From a virus (Duplodnaviria > Caudoviricetes), in IMG/VR virus record IMGVR_UViG_3300017911_001697, positions 9,918 to 73,917 of that record: a stretch of DNA of 64,000 bases. One strand, 5' to 3'. This document shows positions 14,001 through 22,000 of the stretch, in pieces. Position numbers and translations under genes: made by a program. The notes beneath the pieces are model-generated. The model was not told the DNA's origin, made no database searches, and saw only the letters and a list, made by a program, of their open reading frames with translations. Within the stretch, counting starts at the first letter, position 1. Every line of letters begins with the position of its first letter.

Positions 14001-17000
14001 TGACTGCTAGGCACCAACGTAGGAGCTCTGTAGTAACCGTTATTGTAACTTACAATAGTTTCTTTTGGATAACTTTTACCTGGTTCCCAAATTTGATAGT
14101 CTACAGCATTGCCGCCGACTTCAACACTGGATGTCTGGCCTTTGTAATTTCTGCGTAACACTTCAAAATAACCAAAGTTTTTATCATATCCTTTGATTTT
14201 ATAACCGTTAGCAGTTTTTTGTATGTGCATGCCAGAATACGAATTTCTATTTTTGTAAGGCGAACTGTGTACTACAACATCAACATTTTCGTTTGGTATT
14301 ACCAAACTCTGAGATGTTGTGGTAAGACTAGTTTGATCTGCCCTCACTGACAAAGTATCTTTATCAGTAAAGCCTGCTAGTCTGTGTGCTAATTTTATGT
14401 TAACTTTTCTCAGTTTTTCAGCATAGTCTGTTGTGGTATTTAAATCCTGATATGTTAACCAACTGTGAACAAACTGTGTGTATCCTGAATTGATCACAGT
14501 GTTGCCGGTGTTGTCAACTGCACCGTGTATACAGAAATGATCTTGATCTACAAAGTCAAATGGTGTTCTGGTTGTGCTGTTAATGATCTTTGTTTTATCT
14601 AACAACGGCGATGTGATTCTAGTAGGATCAGAAAATTGTGTAACAAACTTACCAGGACGTGATAACAGTAATGCTTCTACAACAGCAAACGGATAAGCAA
14701 CACTGTATTTCCATGCATTCTCTACAGGTGCTCCGTCCCCGAATCTCCAAACACTGTTGGCCAAGTCAGTATCATTATTTGGGGCAACTGTTAGGTTACT
14801 TGATATAGCAACTAACGATCCTTCTTCGGTAATCGAGCCTGTGTTGTTTTTGGTTGGTTCAACTGGTTCTGTCCAGTACTTTCCTTGATATGTATTATCG
14901 CTTGATCCAACTGTGCCGCCAATTGCAAACGGGAACATTGGATCTCCGTCATTGTCAATCGTAGCAACATAGAACCAAATTGGAGTTGTAGGACTGTCAG
15001 GCGTTATACCGTAACGCAAATTGTATTTGCCTAGTTCGCCTGAATTGGGTGTGCCAACTTCGCCTGCATAAGTTGAAGCATTAGCAGGATTATAAGTGTA
15101 GTCTTGAATAAATTCGCCAGTGTGATCACCGCCTGGTCCAGAAGATCTATTATTTTCTTTTAGTTTAAATCCACTCTGAATGTTTGTGATATCATTGTTT
15201 ACTACTTGGCCGTTAGCAGCATATTCTGTGTAACCATAAGGCCCGTATATTGGTAGTCCATCAAAACTCCAACCTACCACAGGCGAATGATTATCAGTGT
15301 CCCATTCTGTCAAACCAGCATGCTCTGGTTCAATAAAATAAGTTCCGTTTGCTGGTGCATCGCCCCTATAGGTATTTGTGTAGTTCCAATCACCTTCGTT
15401 GTTCCATGATTCTGCACTTCCTGGATTTAAAATAGGTGTGCCTGTTACTGTTATACCTATTGCATTACTGGAAATTGCAGTTGGCGTTTGAACAATAATG
15501 TTTGCTGCCTGGGTCAAATTATCAAATGTGTAGTTATACAATTGATATTTGGTATTTTCAATTTTATCTTCCACAAAAATATAAGGCGTTTCAAAGCCGT
15601 CTAATCCTTCTGCAAATCCACTACCTTGTATGCTAGGACTAATTGTACCATCGTAATCCCAGAATGTGCCTGCTTGCGGTGCTGCATTAGCATCAAACAA
15701 AACTCTCAGTGCAGCAGAACTACCATATGTAACATTAATGCCATTTGGCAAATTGCTTTGTCCAGTGCTGTCATAAAAAGTGTCTGAGACTGTTTGATTA
15801 GCAAGACGCCTGTTATTCCATATTTCTTCTCTGGTAGTTGTACCTGTGCTAGTAATTTGACCCGGACTTAACAGTTCTGCATCTGCATTTACAGGAATAA
15901 AGTCTGAAAGTCCTACACGGCGCCAATTGTTATCATTCTTGTAAGCACCAGTAGTAAAGTTTTCTCGGGAACCTTGTCTAATAATACCTTCCTCAAGGTC
16001 TTCCCACATGCTGAAATTTTTGCTACCGTATGAAGTGCCATACTGTGTTTCCCACCAACTTGGTTTTTCAATAAAGCCAAGCATCTCCCACGGATGGGTA
16101 TGTGGTCTAACAGTGTCGTAGTAATATTCGTACCAGCCTCTCCAGTGTCCTGGTAAATCTAATTTACCTCTGTAATTCCAAGTCCATGTATTTGTTGCAT
16201 CAAAATGCTCGTTTGTTACATGATCAACTTTGTTAATTTTTGCCCAGTCATTAAAACTGTTTCTCAACAAATCAGTGTATTCACGTGGTGCAAAATTGTT
16301 GCTTCTAAATTTACCTGCCCTAACGTCACCAACGTTTAATGCTGGTAAACTGTTTGCATCTCTGAACTTACTCAAAGAAGTATTATATATTCTTGTTTCA
16401 AATTCTAATAGTATATCATCAACAATGGTGTTTGTTAATGTTGTCTTACTGCCGTCGTGTCCAACTAACAGTTTAATAGGTGTTTGAAAACTATTGTCCG
16501 TTTCTATACGTGGAATGTATAATGGATAAATGCCCATTGTACTTGGGGTAGGCGGACATTCGGCACTGTCTCGCTCCTCGTTATATAACTTTGTGATAAT
16601 AGAATCGCCAAGTTTTACAGTGGCTGACACATCTACTGTGATTGGGTTTGCAGATGATATTGTATAGTCTTCATCATTTGTAAGTAACTCTTGTTTTCCA
16701 TTTTCAGGATCAAACTTGTAGACTAACAAACTGTTTTGCAGTGTTTCTAAATCTTCGTAGTTGCTTAGTGTATACGAAGTGTTAGATAAATCACTAACGT
16801 CAAACGTTTCTTCAATATAATTATCGCCGAATGGCAAAATAAATGTGCTACCAAAAACATTTTTACCAACACTGAAAGAGATCAAATTTCTCAGTACTTT
16901 TTCTAAAATGTATTCATTTGTTAAATTTTCTACAGGGAAAGAATTATAGTAATTTTGTATTTCCTTAACTAAACGTGATCTGTACTTTCCATACTCCTTA

Positions 17001-19054
17001 GCAGAAAAACGTAAACTTTCAATCAAGTTGTGTGGCTGATCATCAAGCAAAAACGCAGCTAAGATTATATCTTGCTCTGTCTGCACAATGTTTTTTGCAT
17101 GTGTGACGTCTTTTGCTGTACTTGAGAAATTGTTAGACGCCAATACATCACCAGTAAAGCCTTCTTGTTTTTCAATAAATCTTTTGAAGTGTGACAAGTA
17201 TTGCGGTTCTGCAACAAGTTCAATTTCACTGTTGAAAGGATTAGTTTTCCAACTCAATGGTATTTCATATCTACTGTCAGATATTTTTTCAATGCCGCTG
17301 TCACTGGCAACTTCAACATCTATGATGTCGCCTTTGCTAAAATCAAACTCATTAAATTTAATACTTGACGGTGACTGGTAAACATAATTGGTTACAATAG
17401 CACCATTCACCTTGACCAGTATGTCATATCCACTTGATGTAATAGTTGATGCATTTGGAGTTGCACCAATATTGTACACTATCTTTTCTTCATCAACATC
17501 TTGTCTTGTTACATAATGAGTGGTAATGATTTTTTGTTCATTTTTATCATCACTTAATTTCCAGTAAGAATGGTACTCAGGTGTATCTTTTAACAACTTG
17601 TAATAGTAACTTCCTAGAACAGTGTTCTTAGTTGAACTACCAAAGTTTTGGTACTGGACTCTATCTGTTTGAATAAAGTTTTCAAATGTTATTTCACTTA
17701 CTGCTTTGTAAGGAGTATAAGATAGAGGAAAACCCAGCTCAGTGTCTGGTTTACCTGTGCCGATCTTGTATCCAAATATTTTGTTACCAACAAAGTCACT
17801 GTTGTTGTACAATCCAGTGTTGTTTAACTTGTTGCCTGCATCATCATATAGATTAAACAGTGGTGGCTGATTTACTTGAACTTTTTTCTGAGCTTGTGTA
17901 AAAATTGTACCGTTGTACAAATAATCAGCACCTTCGTACACATTACCTTTGGCAATTACAACAGTTTGATTTGCTTTGATTGCAGTTGAACTTGTTGCTG
18001 TGAGCACAATAGAACTGGTTGCTCCGGATACTTTGTAGAGATATACTTTGTTTGCTTCAGATTCATTAGGGAAGAACAGCACATCACCGTCCTGCACAAC
18101 TCTAGTATCAATTGTTAAGTTTGCTTGACCTTCTACTTCTGCTTTGCTTAATGCAACAACTGCAACAGTTGCTACATCATAATTTGTATCACCATGATTA
18201 TAAATCTCTAAGTCTTTGTTGAATTCAAGTATCGGACGCATGCTGCGATACTTTCTATCTGGTAAACTGTCATCAGCATCAAGGAAGTTGTTTCTATGAT
18301 ACCAATGGTTAACACGACTCCATGCATTTTTATTTTGTGAGCCACGCTCTATAGTAATATAATCTTTATTGTCGGCTTTGCTTCCTCCATAAAGTGTTGC
18401 TGAACTCAGTGATTTCTCAACAAGATAGATACTTTCACCAACACCGCCAACAATGTACTCTGTGCCTGCACGATGCTCTGCTGTTGTTGCAGTGCTGGCA
18501 GGAATCACATTGTTGTTATCTGCGAACTGAACAATCATGCCGTTACGCAGTGTAACATTACCATACGAGTATGATTTTTTACCTACAACATCTTTGTCTA
18601 TGTTTATGTAAGTTGTAGGTGTTATGGTTATTGTGCTTGGACCATCTGGGTACCAGTAATACTCCTGATAGTTAACAAACTTGTCAATGTCAATTGGAGG
18701 CATGAAAGTTCTATAGCGGCTACCAAATATCTTGTTGTGATTTTTAGTATCTACGCCATACACGTTTAAGATGTCTATGAACTCATCATAAAACATCAAG
18801 TTTTCACTTTCACCAGTTATAGTATTTAAATTGTTAATAGCAGGTGTTAAATTATAAATGCGTCTGTCTGCAGTGTCTTCTGCAACAAATGCACCTTGTA
18901 CTTTTTTGTCTTCACCAGTCTGTTTGCCAATAAAACCACTTATAGGAGTGATATTGGCTTCGCTGTATAACTGCTCTACTGTGGCTTCAAAAAAGTTTTT
19001 GATTGCCTTTGTTTGCAGTACTACGGGTAACTGATTAAAAATTTTATCTGCCAT
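2072..19054 (-). CDS. Giant (5660 aa) baseplate wedge/virion structural protein, gp7-like by position, with inserted YHYH-like, Hint and Ig-like domains
   Basis: Uninterrupted ORF directly after the gp6-like wedge gene; internal modules recognised by motif. Confidence 0.7.
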   Translation of the reverse strand: MADKIFNQLPVVLQTKAIKNFFEATVEQLYSEANITPISGFIGKQTGEDKKVQGAFVAEDTADRRIYNLTPAINNLNTITGESENLMFYDEFIDILNVYGVDTKNHNKIFGSRYRTFMPPIDIDKFVNYQEYYWYPDGPSTITITPTTYINIDKDVVGKKSYSYGNVTLRNGMIVQFADNNNVIPASTATTAEHRAGTEYIVGGVGESIYLVEKSLSSATLYGGSKADNKDYITIERGSQNKNAWSRVNHWYHRNNFLDADDSLPDRKYRSMRPILEFNKDLEIYNHGDTNYDVATVAVVALSKAEVEGQANLTIDTRVVQDGDVLFFPNESEANKVYLYKVSGATSSIVLTATSSTAIKANQTVVIAKGNVYEGADYLYNGTIFTQAQKKVQVNQPPLFNLYDDAGNKLNNTGLYNNSDFVGNKIFGYKIGTGKPDTELGFPLSYTPYKAVSEITFENFIQTDRVQYQNFGSSTKNTVLGSYYYKLLKDTPEYHSYWKLSDDKNEQKIITTHYVTRQDVDEEKIVYNIGATPNASTITSSGYDILVKVNGAIVTNYVYQSPSSIKFNEFDFSKGDIIDVEVASDSGIEKISDSRYEIPLSWKTNPFNSEIELVAEPQYLSHFKRFIEKQEGFTGDVLASNNFSSTAKDVTHAKNIVQTEQDIILAAFLLDDQPHNLIESLRFSAKEYGKYRSRLVKEIQNYYNSFPVENLTNEYILEKVLRNLISFSVGKNVFGSTFILPFGDNYIEETFDVSDLSNTSYTLSNYEDLETLQNSLLVYKFDPENGKQELLTNDEDYTISSANPITVDVSATVKLGDSIITKLYNEERDSAECPPTPSTMGIYPLYIPRIETDNSFQTPIKLLVGHDGSKTTLTNTIVDDILLEFETRIYNTSLSKFRDANSLPALNVGDVRAGKFRSNNFAPREYTDLLRNSFNDWAKINKVDHVTNEHFDATNTWTWNYRGKLDLPGHWRGWYEYYYDTVRPHTHPWEMLGFIEKPSWWETQYGTSYGSKNFSMWEDLEEGIIRQGSRENFTTGAYKNDNNWRRVGLSDFIPVNADAELLSPGQITSTGTTTREEIWNNRRLANQTVSDTFYDSTGQSNLPNGINVTYGSSAALRVLFDANAAPQAGTFWDYDGTISPSIQGSGFAEGLDGFETPYIFVEDKIENTKYQLYNYTFDNLTQAANIIVQTPTAISSNAIGITVTGTPILNPGSAESWNNEGDWNYTNTYRGDAPANGTYFIEPEHAGLTEWDTDNHSPVVGWSFDGLPIYGPYGYTEYAANGQVVNNDITNIQSGFKLKENNRSSGPGGDHTGEFIQDYTYNPANASTYAGEVGTPNSGELGKYNLRYGITPDSPTTPIWFYVATIDNDGDPMFPFAIGGTVGSSDNTYQGKYWTEPVEPTKNNTGSITEEGSLVAISSNLTVAPNNDTDLANSVWRFGDGAPVENAWKYSVAYPFAVVEALLLSRPGKFVTQFSDPTRITSPLLDKTKIINSTTRTPFDFVDQDHFCIHGAVDNTGNTVINSGYTQFVHSWLTYQDLNTTTDYAEKLRKVNIKLAHRLAGFTDKDTLSVRADQTSLTTTSQSLVIPNENVDVVVHSSPYKNRNSYSGMHIQKTANGYKIKGYDKNFGYFEVLRRNYKGQTSSVEVGGNAVDYQIWEPGKSYPKETIVSYNNGYYRAPTLVPSSQTFMSSLWNRLPSLPQTGSVKATLFLDSLPYVDRIDYQTEYKTYQEVVDVIVGLGAYQESLGFDFGNFDSSINDVRNWNYVVRQFLFWVSGGWENNNTLELSPCANRLVFNSSTGMIAAINRTDKNQFSLIDQDGKAIEPKLCEIVREGNTIEIVPPEGSQIYSTILYTKEIEHALVFDNVTNFNDVLFDPVHGHAQPRLKVKGKRTANWSGLFSTEGFIIQNDELKPNLDNMAQSLGRYHELGFIPVEKQIYEQARGLFGYQEKEYLNVLEVEDDDQFEFYKGMLQNKGTVASLSRIAKSTNIVQGEMTVYDEWAIKAGDFGDLENDQAIELKLQKSEITNDPQLITLAFPEDTTGVLDRVKIIKAKHKYHRVPRIEIAAPTGTPAEQATAVAQLEANGVLKSVSITNAGSGYKQPVRLQVIAAELNISNISTTFNKPIAVSTDAITDADVTGTLSLLDITSTVNGSNVSVSLDLSSVTSVANVVTAINSNATINSSITASSITSNVLEGGNVIQQHVLSISGNDFTLSENGATLSTLNLTPNRYQPHQRYSISAVDNHPTLGTGATTVDDIIVTVAGSTVSSDNGNNWIYDAGSRQQFDFNISTSGAIDFDNDFVNSGNVNIPLSQTLDANNIVKQNDITYPHANVFVDGVELINTVGDIRYTLTTSQLTIHNVETLPGNRLAAGANIYLVESPTIDFEDAYFGDVPGASLNIKTTTSDDIAILTKTKRIYEITPDVKTDDVILIDIDDTERFLKKPIGVRENNLWPTTANVDYTGINDSRFTKIPNAGYVNSSNVDFSAFDVPSIGDLFNSSLLIQPDANSTVHVAISENRHWNVYKFKEANTDISFVEREGDDETAYLYSNVSLFNYTDSNQIGNIDLGRFLDYHIAIKDVDTSDKFVVWVNEEVVNNKSVRLSNITPVAMTEKYVSSIGPRTVKAITDINPGISGFASGFAERISNNTVKIYTTVDNLSVNVNTTVGFATSNITPDEQILFGNTYQASNIDIANSTFTINETLSGNVEPANMTVRFFNRTQITSDGHGFLGGQTVKIVAGPYSGQWPVESASANTFCIQAPYIASGPTTGNIVTPYITITTSEPHGIKIDYKNKKIAIHNSKEKFYNRVYRVDKIPSANTIVVAGAYPFNDQTINMDANTTVMNTLDHDVISLNNSNIKIDNITSLDGMIEALNRGFALRRGWIKAPGSFTMGIPMLKNPLHNSATGGMLGQTRGSSPYVNNFAGISTTNLVQTGNLPVGSPGSQLKGFNKTSTGQSKISQKAQRGTLSSGASVTPMSTKLNTSYFNPSTSVGGYSTATSGAGNNFTNPGTRGKTAASSLGTNNTFINSTFGGTVKPTASGASQTFLNLLGTIQTITNPPVTTSCPAPEMPIKISQDGKTKPAGNLQVGDKVFTAHEHTGEFGLYDVEYVEIKQEQRTKVTFDDGFEFIGSLTHKFKVNENWVEVQDLKVGDDVQGHSVVSIEDDEAAGDIVVITVTDAHTYIVGELLSHNKSVQQPVPGSGSGIPTLTFPTPSGYATNNTGAVVVNPYVVHTPPTQGCGTLVIPPPPPPPNLPPEAIVDQYFTAFETQFTGNVLDNDSDPEGDSLTVTLNRPPEHHAGTFNLASNGSFTYIPETGYEGGDTFTYDIADSEGNIDTDVLVVIEVGQQPYVPPPTVTVYEKCEYQEQSTTTNGVDDAWYYQIDAVDGAIKLIIDMDAATDSLSVYQYSGTNIAGKQRVAWTGGLLRNATAQEKQDLFDSRGLNPITTTNTNIYPNINWNLPGNVNPNQFPKDYIRDNGVPGGIKYCGVLEFNFDHTKGRNLVVEVDKRSSVYRYMICYPTLTDTGRAIGTAQSNPNPGQLNTGVSNGTTNPNTSSVATTPIINPTGLPTTKLKVASPILPTGPYAGGGGSFRFNVAGLNYSHNFGGFSLAPMAGFTHMPSIFKKTVKTVNPQNVGRLQPLGDNRYVNVTQQRASGGRVIPLAAPIAPPIPIARRAIKGVDIALYPGSDKFGNSSFWGNDLIDEKLLKIASSNYDIQTISVPGFDGSTGTDNVLRTRSSTFIPGTDGSGDGSDSSVVTFTTIPAGDPTIIPGGLVYDSTTLRGLTTQFSDTLTPSETIPSEDAPLDPDIQYTEVPLMTVTPTRKRPAGGGYVYEPAGPTAVAPIYRPTPSITLTENDMIGLTPGDQVIVNTQTITIKGTPAATLKEFECSGGFGYTAIPSYSGNQNAVTISACGSVPLTFRDGCRGGTYKEVLDFHIVKNFSLTDSTQDQYAINGNTYTVSNQLPNEVTTQSTSTTTGTHVAGLTTASVNTTTTTNGNSTTAANTQTASQMVGQDRVPEIRASVNHTGGKGYRVGDRLRVVGGTPVSSPFGSITELCIEIEGMYYSDAANVHVFIGDGTTPGSECEAGKPEIDILGRIKSIPILRSGRGYDPAKPPKVRIIDSGPGYTHPDTGVAYAKIPCKVRPIIKTETMSPSGNMVETAGMPERPAKFVVTAVDPEGTIQSLKVIDRGIYKEFPADLATGVPLEYDGINLGDEHAGEMPPKFSSGLGQYHPVTYERLGSPGNWDPIVGKYGTLSGHGSAGFGARIFLTAREIPDCSERGDVRNKLGIPDQVIEVPTVQHLADALNNALQNAGYDPTDINFDVQPINEDLDELILNAPSYDGVKFDELTPGFLDKLGVPPGDYNPDQTPMSAVDGTPTNDKNLDTDGVIDLIDGTDDNFGRSETPFIPGTPGTLGQDSEYGSDETGYELPEEVLVLYGVDNNGFKSDDSSILGNANVTYVGDLFQYELRNLNGEPVNTSISSTDCRVLYLESQRYHKEEDIASSSTAFPDASIPATKEEFEQVWIDDVDGKWKYYENGNLKRSQIDLVDPKYIKNTILYDSTTGEKDFDYNMWDPFKGIFPAFVDAEIDYFGEHDPVVYTRRRAVFGKEQVGQVWWNTSTVRYNWYEQGTNKERWLNWGSTFPGSGITVYEWVESKQQPFEYSGTGTPKNASEFIVERNIDPSTGQYETYYYYWVQNVREISTLAATQAGRKFSTFDIAKYLADPIGQGINTVSFISAGTQTSKNIASFVMSNLTKTLREDEQNIQINLSRNLNPIGLKHASWKLMREGDNNSDVPEDLANKLIDSLTEIDSEGNAVPASNLSEVERYGIKFRPRQTMFKDAKEARRALHYIVNELLADLKLNTLNTTWQNSMSSMKYIDTVNWYAVQRTDQVTNEKIRYDKTFKAAFTVSSVKQLDSLANVADGTVVMVRASQSDRYQLWRYCCREEGFVQIAIQNETVKLSNKIYTQDIDSTMQSELREFLYVLKDNIFLGTENFNKVFFELMNYALGEQRELDWAFKTSYVYVEKEEEDLVQRVGYKPDNFDSVVEYFNEVKPFTAKIREYKDGKRAPIEYINEQMVSDYDLPPYADSSLGEVRTMDFGFAPDREIMSKNSDYTKAYSGYSGTQTQWDTANVPVRTGNISLIFDRTDWRLLESDFNAASTSYSVSIADNIANINSANNDTIANVASNTYSASARIFKFDPQVRTVFDKEINDYFGEGSSSNTSIVENSTQMRTAVAAGALNGTLLLVKEKVGGTWQGEELDANVFTRVVQGRDSLELQTAYGYDTTPFDAPEGFGDMWDDFVSVDNFEGIFSGNSTYREAGVTYDGFDGWSFNHLLYGEERPEELVYLSPLENLVMSVKTSPNAFDANNNIVDSISVGPYDADSVSNSVSGTVTISSTLASPLLDNGDTVTLSDVGNTIIEGSYTISNVTATTFTIPLSGVDANVVNNAGTVSITSGVSAVAVEYLVHQDLYGATEYLRILADGSTSTTTASFVNAWDTEIEVVDASKLPTPQPGIPGAAWIDGSERIEYNRISGNTLKGVVRGTRGTTIPNGPVFEYTGNVATQGNTYLGHNTGVTVVGAGRKDIFNQPENKGGSAGYEDRDPDTAVWLKSDGTTLSLTDKTNRSTVTTIGAFLHGDLVSSIGFDSVAWDSIGWDSI
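9030..9305 (-). other. Cadherin-like/bacterial Ig (Big_9-type) domain within the giant protein
   Basis: PPEAIVD...GNVLDNDSDPEGDSLTV...NGSFTYIPETGYEGGDTFTYDIAD pattern; boundaries approximate. Confidence 0.75.
9485..9865 (-). other. Hint (intein-like) domain, 127 aa, no endonuclease
   Basis: Starts with Cys (CPAPEMPI); L.VGD motif twice; block-B-like SLTH; ends HTYIVGELLSHN followed by Lys. Confidence 0.85.
14915..15470 (-). other. YHYH-family-like domain within the giant protein
   Basis: GITVTGTPILNP...HSPVVGWSFDGLPIYGPYG...FIQDYTY...TPDSP...FPFAIGG; boundaries approximate. Confidence 0.7.
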
Positions 19055-19063
19055 TACTGTTGT

Positions 19064-22000
19064 TTACCTATCAGCTCTTAACGTTTGAGAACTAATCTTC
19101 TCAACTATTTCTATGTCACTAACTTTTGCAGTATTTAAAAACAGCTCATACGGTTCTGCTTTGATTTGAAATAAATCGCCAAAGCTGCCGCCGCTGTTTT
19201 TTGGTATAATAACAATACTGCCAATATTACTACCTAAGCGTTGATGTATATAACTGCTTAATTCTGTAAAATAAAATGTTTCGCCAAATTCCCAATTTTC
19301 AAGTGCAAAGAAACTGTTGAATGCAGTAATAACTTTACTCTTAATTTCATTGTCGGTCATTGTGGTGCTTGGTAATTTTACAATTCTAAATTTAGCCTGA
19401 TTCTCTGGATCAGCATCTGCACCAAAGAGCAACTTAAATTGTGCACTCTTAAATATCAACGAATCGCTTACACTTTTAAATTCGTTTAACTTTTTAAATT
19501 CTGTTGCTAACTTTGCTGGAGTAGGTGCTAAAGGAAACTCAGTTCCTGGAACATTCTTATACTTTAATACACTATCATAATAATCATTTGTTAACACCAA
19601 CATTTCAACAATGTTGCTAATACTAGGATCTATTCTCACATCTTTTGGAGCAACATGCTTCCACTTAAACACAATATCATCTTGTTCTATGAGTGCTGTG
19701 TTTTGTCCTGATGCTCTGCCATTTTTAACTATATAATCTGTGGTTTCTACTGCTGTTGCAGCCGTGTCTGCACTGTTTGGGGTCATTTGATAAATTTTGC
19801 CAGCAGTATTATCATACACAACTAATCCATTAACATTGTCTATGCCGGCTGCGGATGTTACTGCGCCGCCTAATTGTGAAAGATTTTTAACTATCAATAT
19901 ATCTGTTGTACTAATAGCGGTAGTGTCAGGCAAGCCTCCGGGCTTCATAGTGTCTGCTGCATAATCAAAACTTATACTGTCTTCGTTTCTGAAATCTGCA
20001 ATATTGCCTGACATAGGTCTATTGTATGTATACCCATCAAAATCAGTGTAATTTTCAAAGAAAATCAAATCATTTTCGTCAACAAACTCTCTAAACTGTA
20101 GAGGTCTATCAGGCACTAAGTCGCCGTCAACATCTATAGGCGACACTACAACTTTTCTGTTATCAGTGTAACCGTCTGGATATTTTACTGGAGCAACAAT
20201 ATTCCAATCAATTTGCTGATCCAATTGATCTTTTGAGTTTTTGTATTTTACCACAATCTTGTCTTGTGTTGCTTGCCCTGAGCCGTCAAACGCAAAAGTG
20301 TAACGATTGTTAAACATGTTTGTGATAATCAAATTACCTGTTTGTGCTGATAAGTTTGCATTTGCTAACAGTATGCGTCCACTGTCTCCACTGATAACAC
20401 CTGTTGTTCCTGAGGTAGTTGCTTCAAAGTTTTCAAACAAATTTGTACTAAAGTTATAATCTTTGTAGTAAACATTACCTTGTGCATCTAATATGTTATA
20501 GCCAAACGTTGTGTTAGTGAATGGTATCGTAATGTTTGCTGGCAACGATGTAATTCTACCTGAATTGTTTGCAATGGTCACATTGTTTGTGCTGGTTGTG
20601 CCTTGTGTGCCGTCTGCAAAATATGTGTTAAGAGACACTGTTGCACTGTTAACAAACAAATTTGATGATGTACTACCATTACGATATATACCTGCACTGG
20701 TCACATAATCAACGTCTACATCATACCATTTTAAGTTTCTTGTTCTCAATGATATGCCCGGATCGTAAGAGTTAGGTGTATACTTTTCTCCTGTGTCACC
20801 ACTGATCCACACTTGACCAAACACATTGCCATTCAGATCCCAATTAAACGTTTCTGAGCTGCCAGGCTTATAATTAAGTGTTGTGAACGAAATTAAATCT
20901 CTGCTGGATTGATTATCGCTATCAGCAACTTTAACATTATTGATGTTGTAGAATTTTAAATCTGCACGGCTTTGAACAACGTATTGTTGTCCTCTAGTTG
21001 TAACAATATATTTGTAATTGTTAGAATCTATAGCAGTGTATGTGAATAGCAACAACCAACTAGCATCAATGCCTGTGCCTGAACTGTTTTTTGCATTGTC
21101 AGGAGACCACTTGCCTTTCTTGTCAATGTCAGCATTGAGTATTACATACCATCTGTTAAGTGCTGGATCAAAACCTAGTGCAAATGTTCTTTTGTTCTTC
21201 ATCTCATTCTGAACTGCAACTTTCTCAGATGTGTTAATAACTTTACGCATTGTTGCAATGTACTCTTCTGCTCGCCAGCCGTCCTGAACAGGAGCCGCTA
21301 ACTTAAATGGCCCAGTTGAAGTACTAAGTCCACTGCTAAGTAATCCGTTGTTTGCAACACTTACAATTCTTGTCCATTTATACTTAGAAGGTGTGTTTGT
21401 GTCAACAAACTTTATAAAATTATTTTCTGCAAATTCTTCAAACCCAAAACCAAACGAAGTGTCAAGCACCGATGAGTTGCCAGGATCTGATGTTGTTTCT
21501 AAAAAGTATCCGGTTTGATTTGTACCTGTCACAACAGGCAAAGTCTTCCACACAGCATTTTTTGTTTTGATATTAAATTTATCAATGTCTGTATCTGACC
21601 AACTTTCTCTGAACTGTTCATAAACAAAATTGTTCAGTTGTCTGTTTTTCAATATCAATGGTATATCGTATTCTACTGCTTCAACTACAGTGTTGTTTTC
21701 AGTAATAGAAATACTTTCTGTTTGTGGAGTATCTTCTATAAACAACGAACCGTCAGATGCAAATGTTTCTAAATTTTGATATGTACCTGTAGGATCATTG
21801 ATATCGATATATCTGCTGTGGCCAGCATGTGTTTTGTTAATTGCTTTTAATTTTAACAAATTGCTAGTTTGACTAAACGGAAAAATATTATAGTCTTGTG
21901 CACTCACCATTCTGTTTTGTGTATAATACACTTGCGGTGCACGTTGTTTGATCGCTGTTAGTGTTTCAGGCGGCAAACTATTGCTTACACTTTCCTGTAA

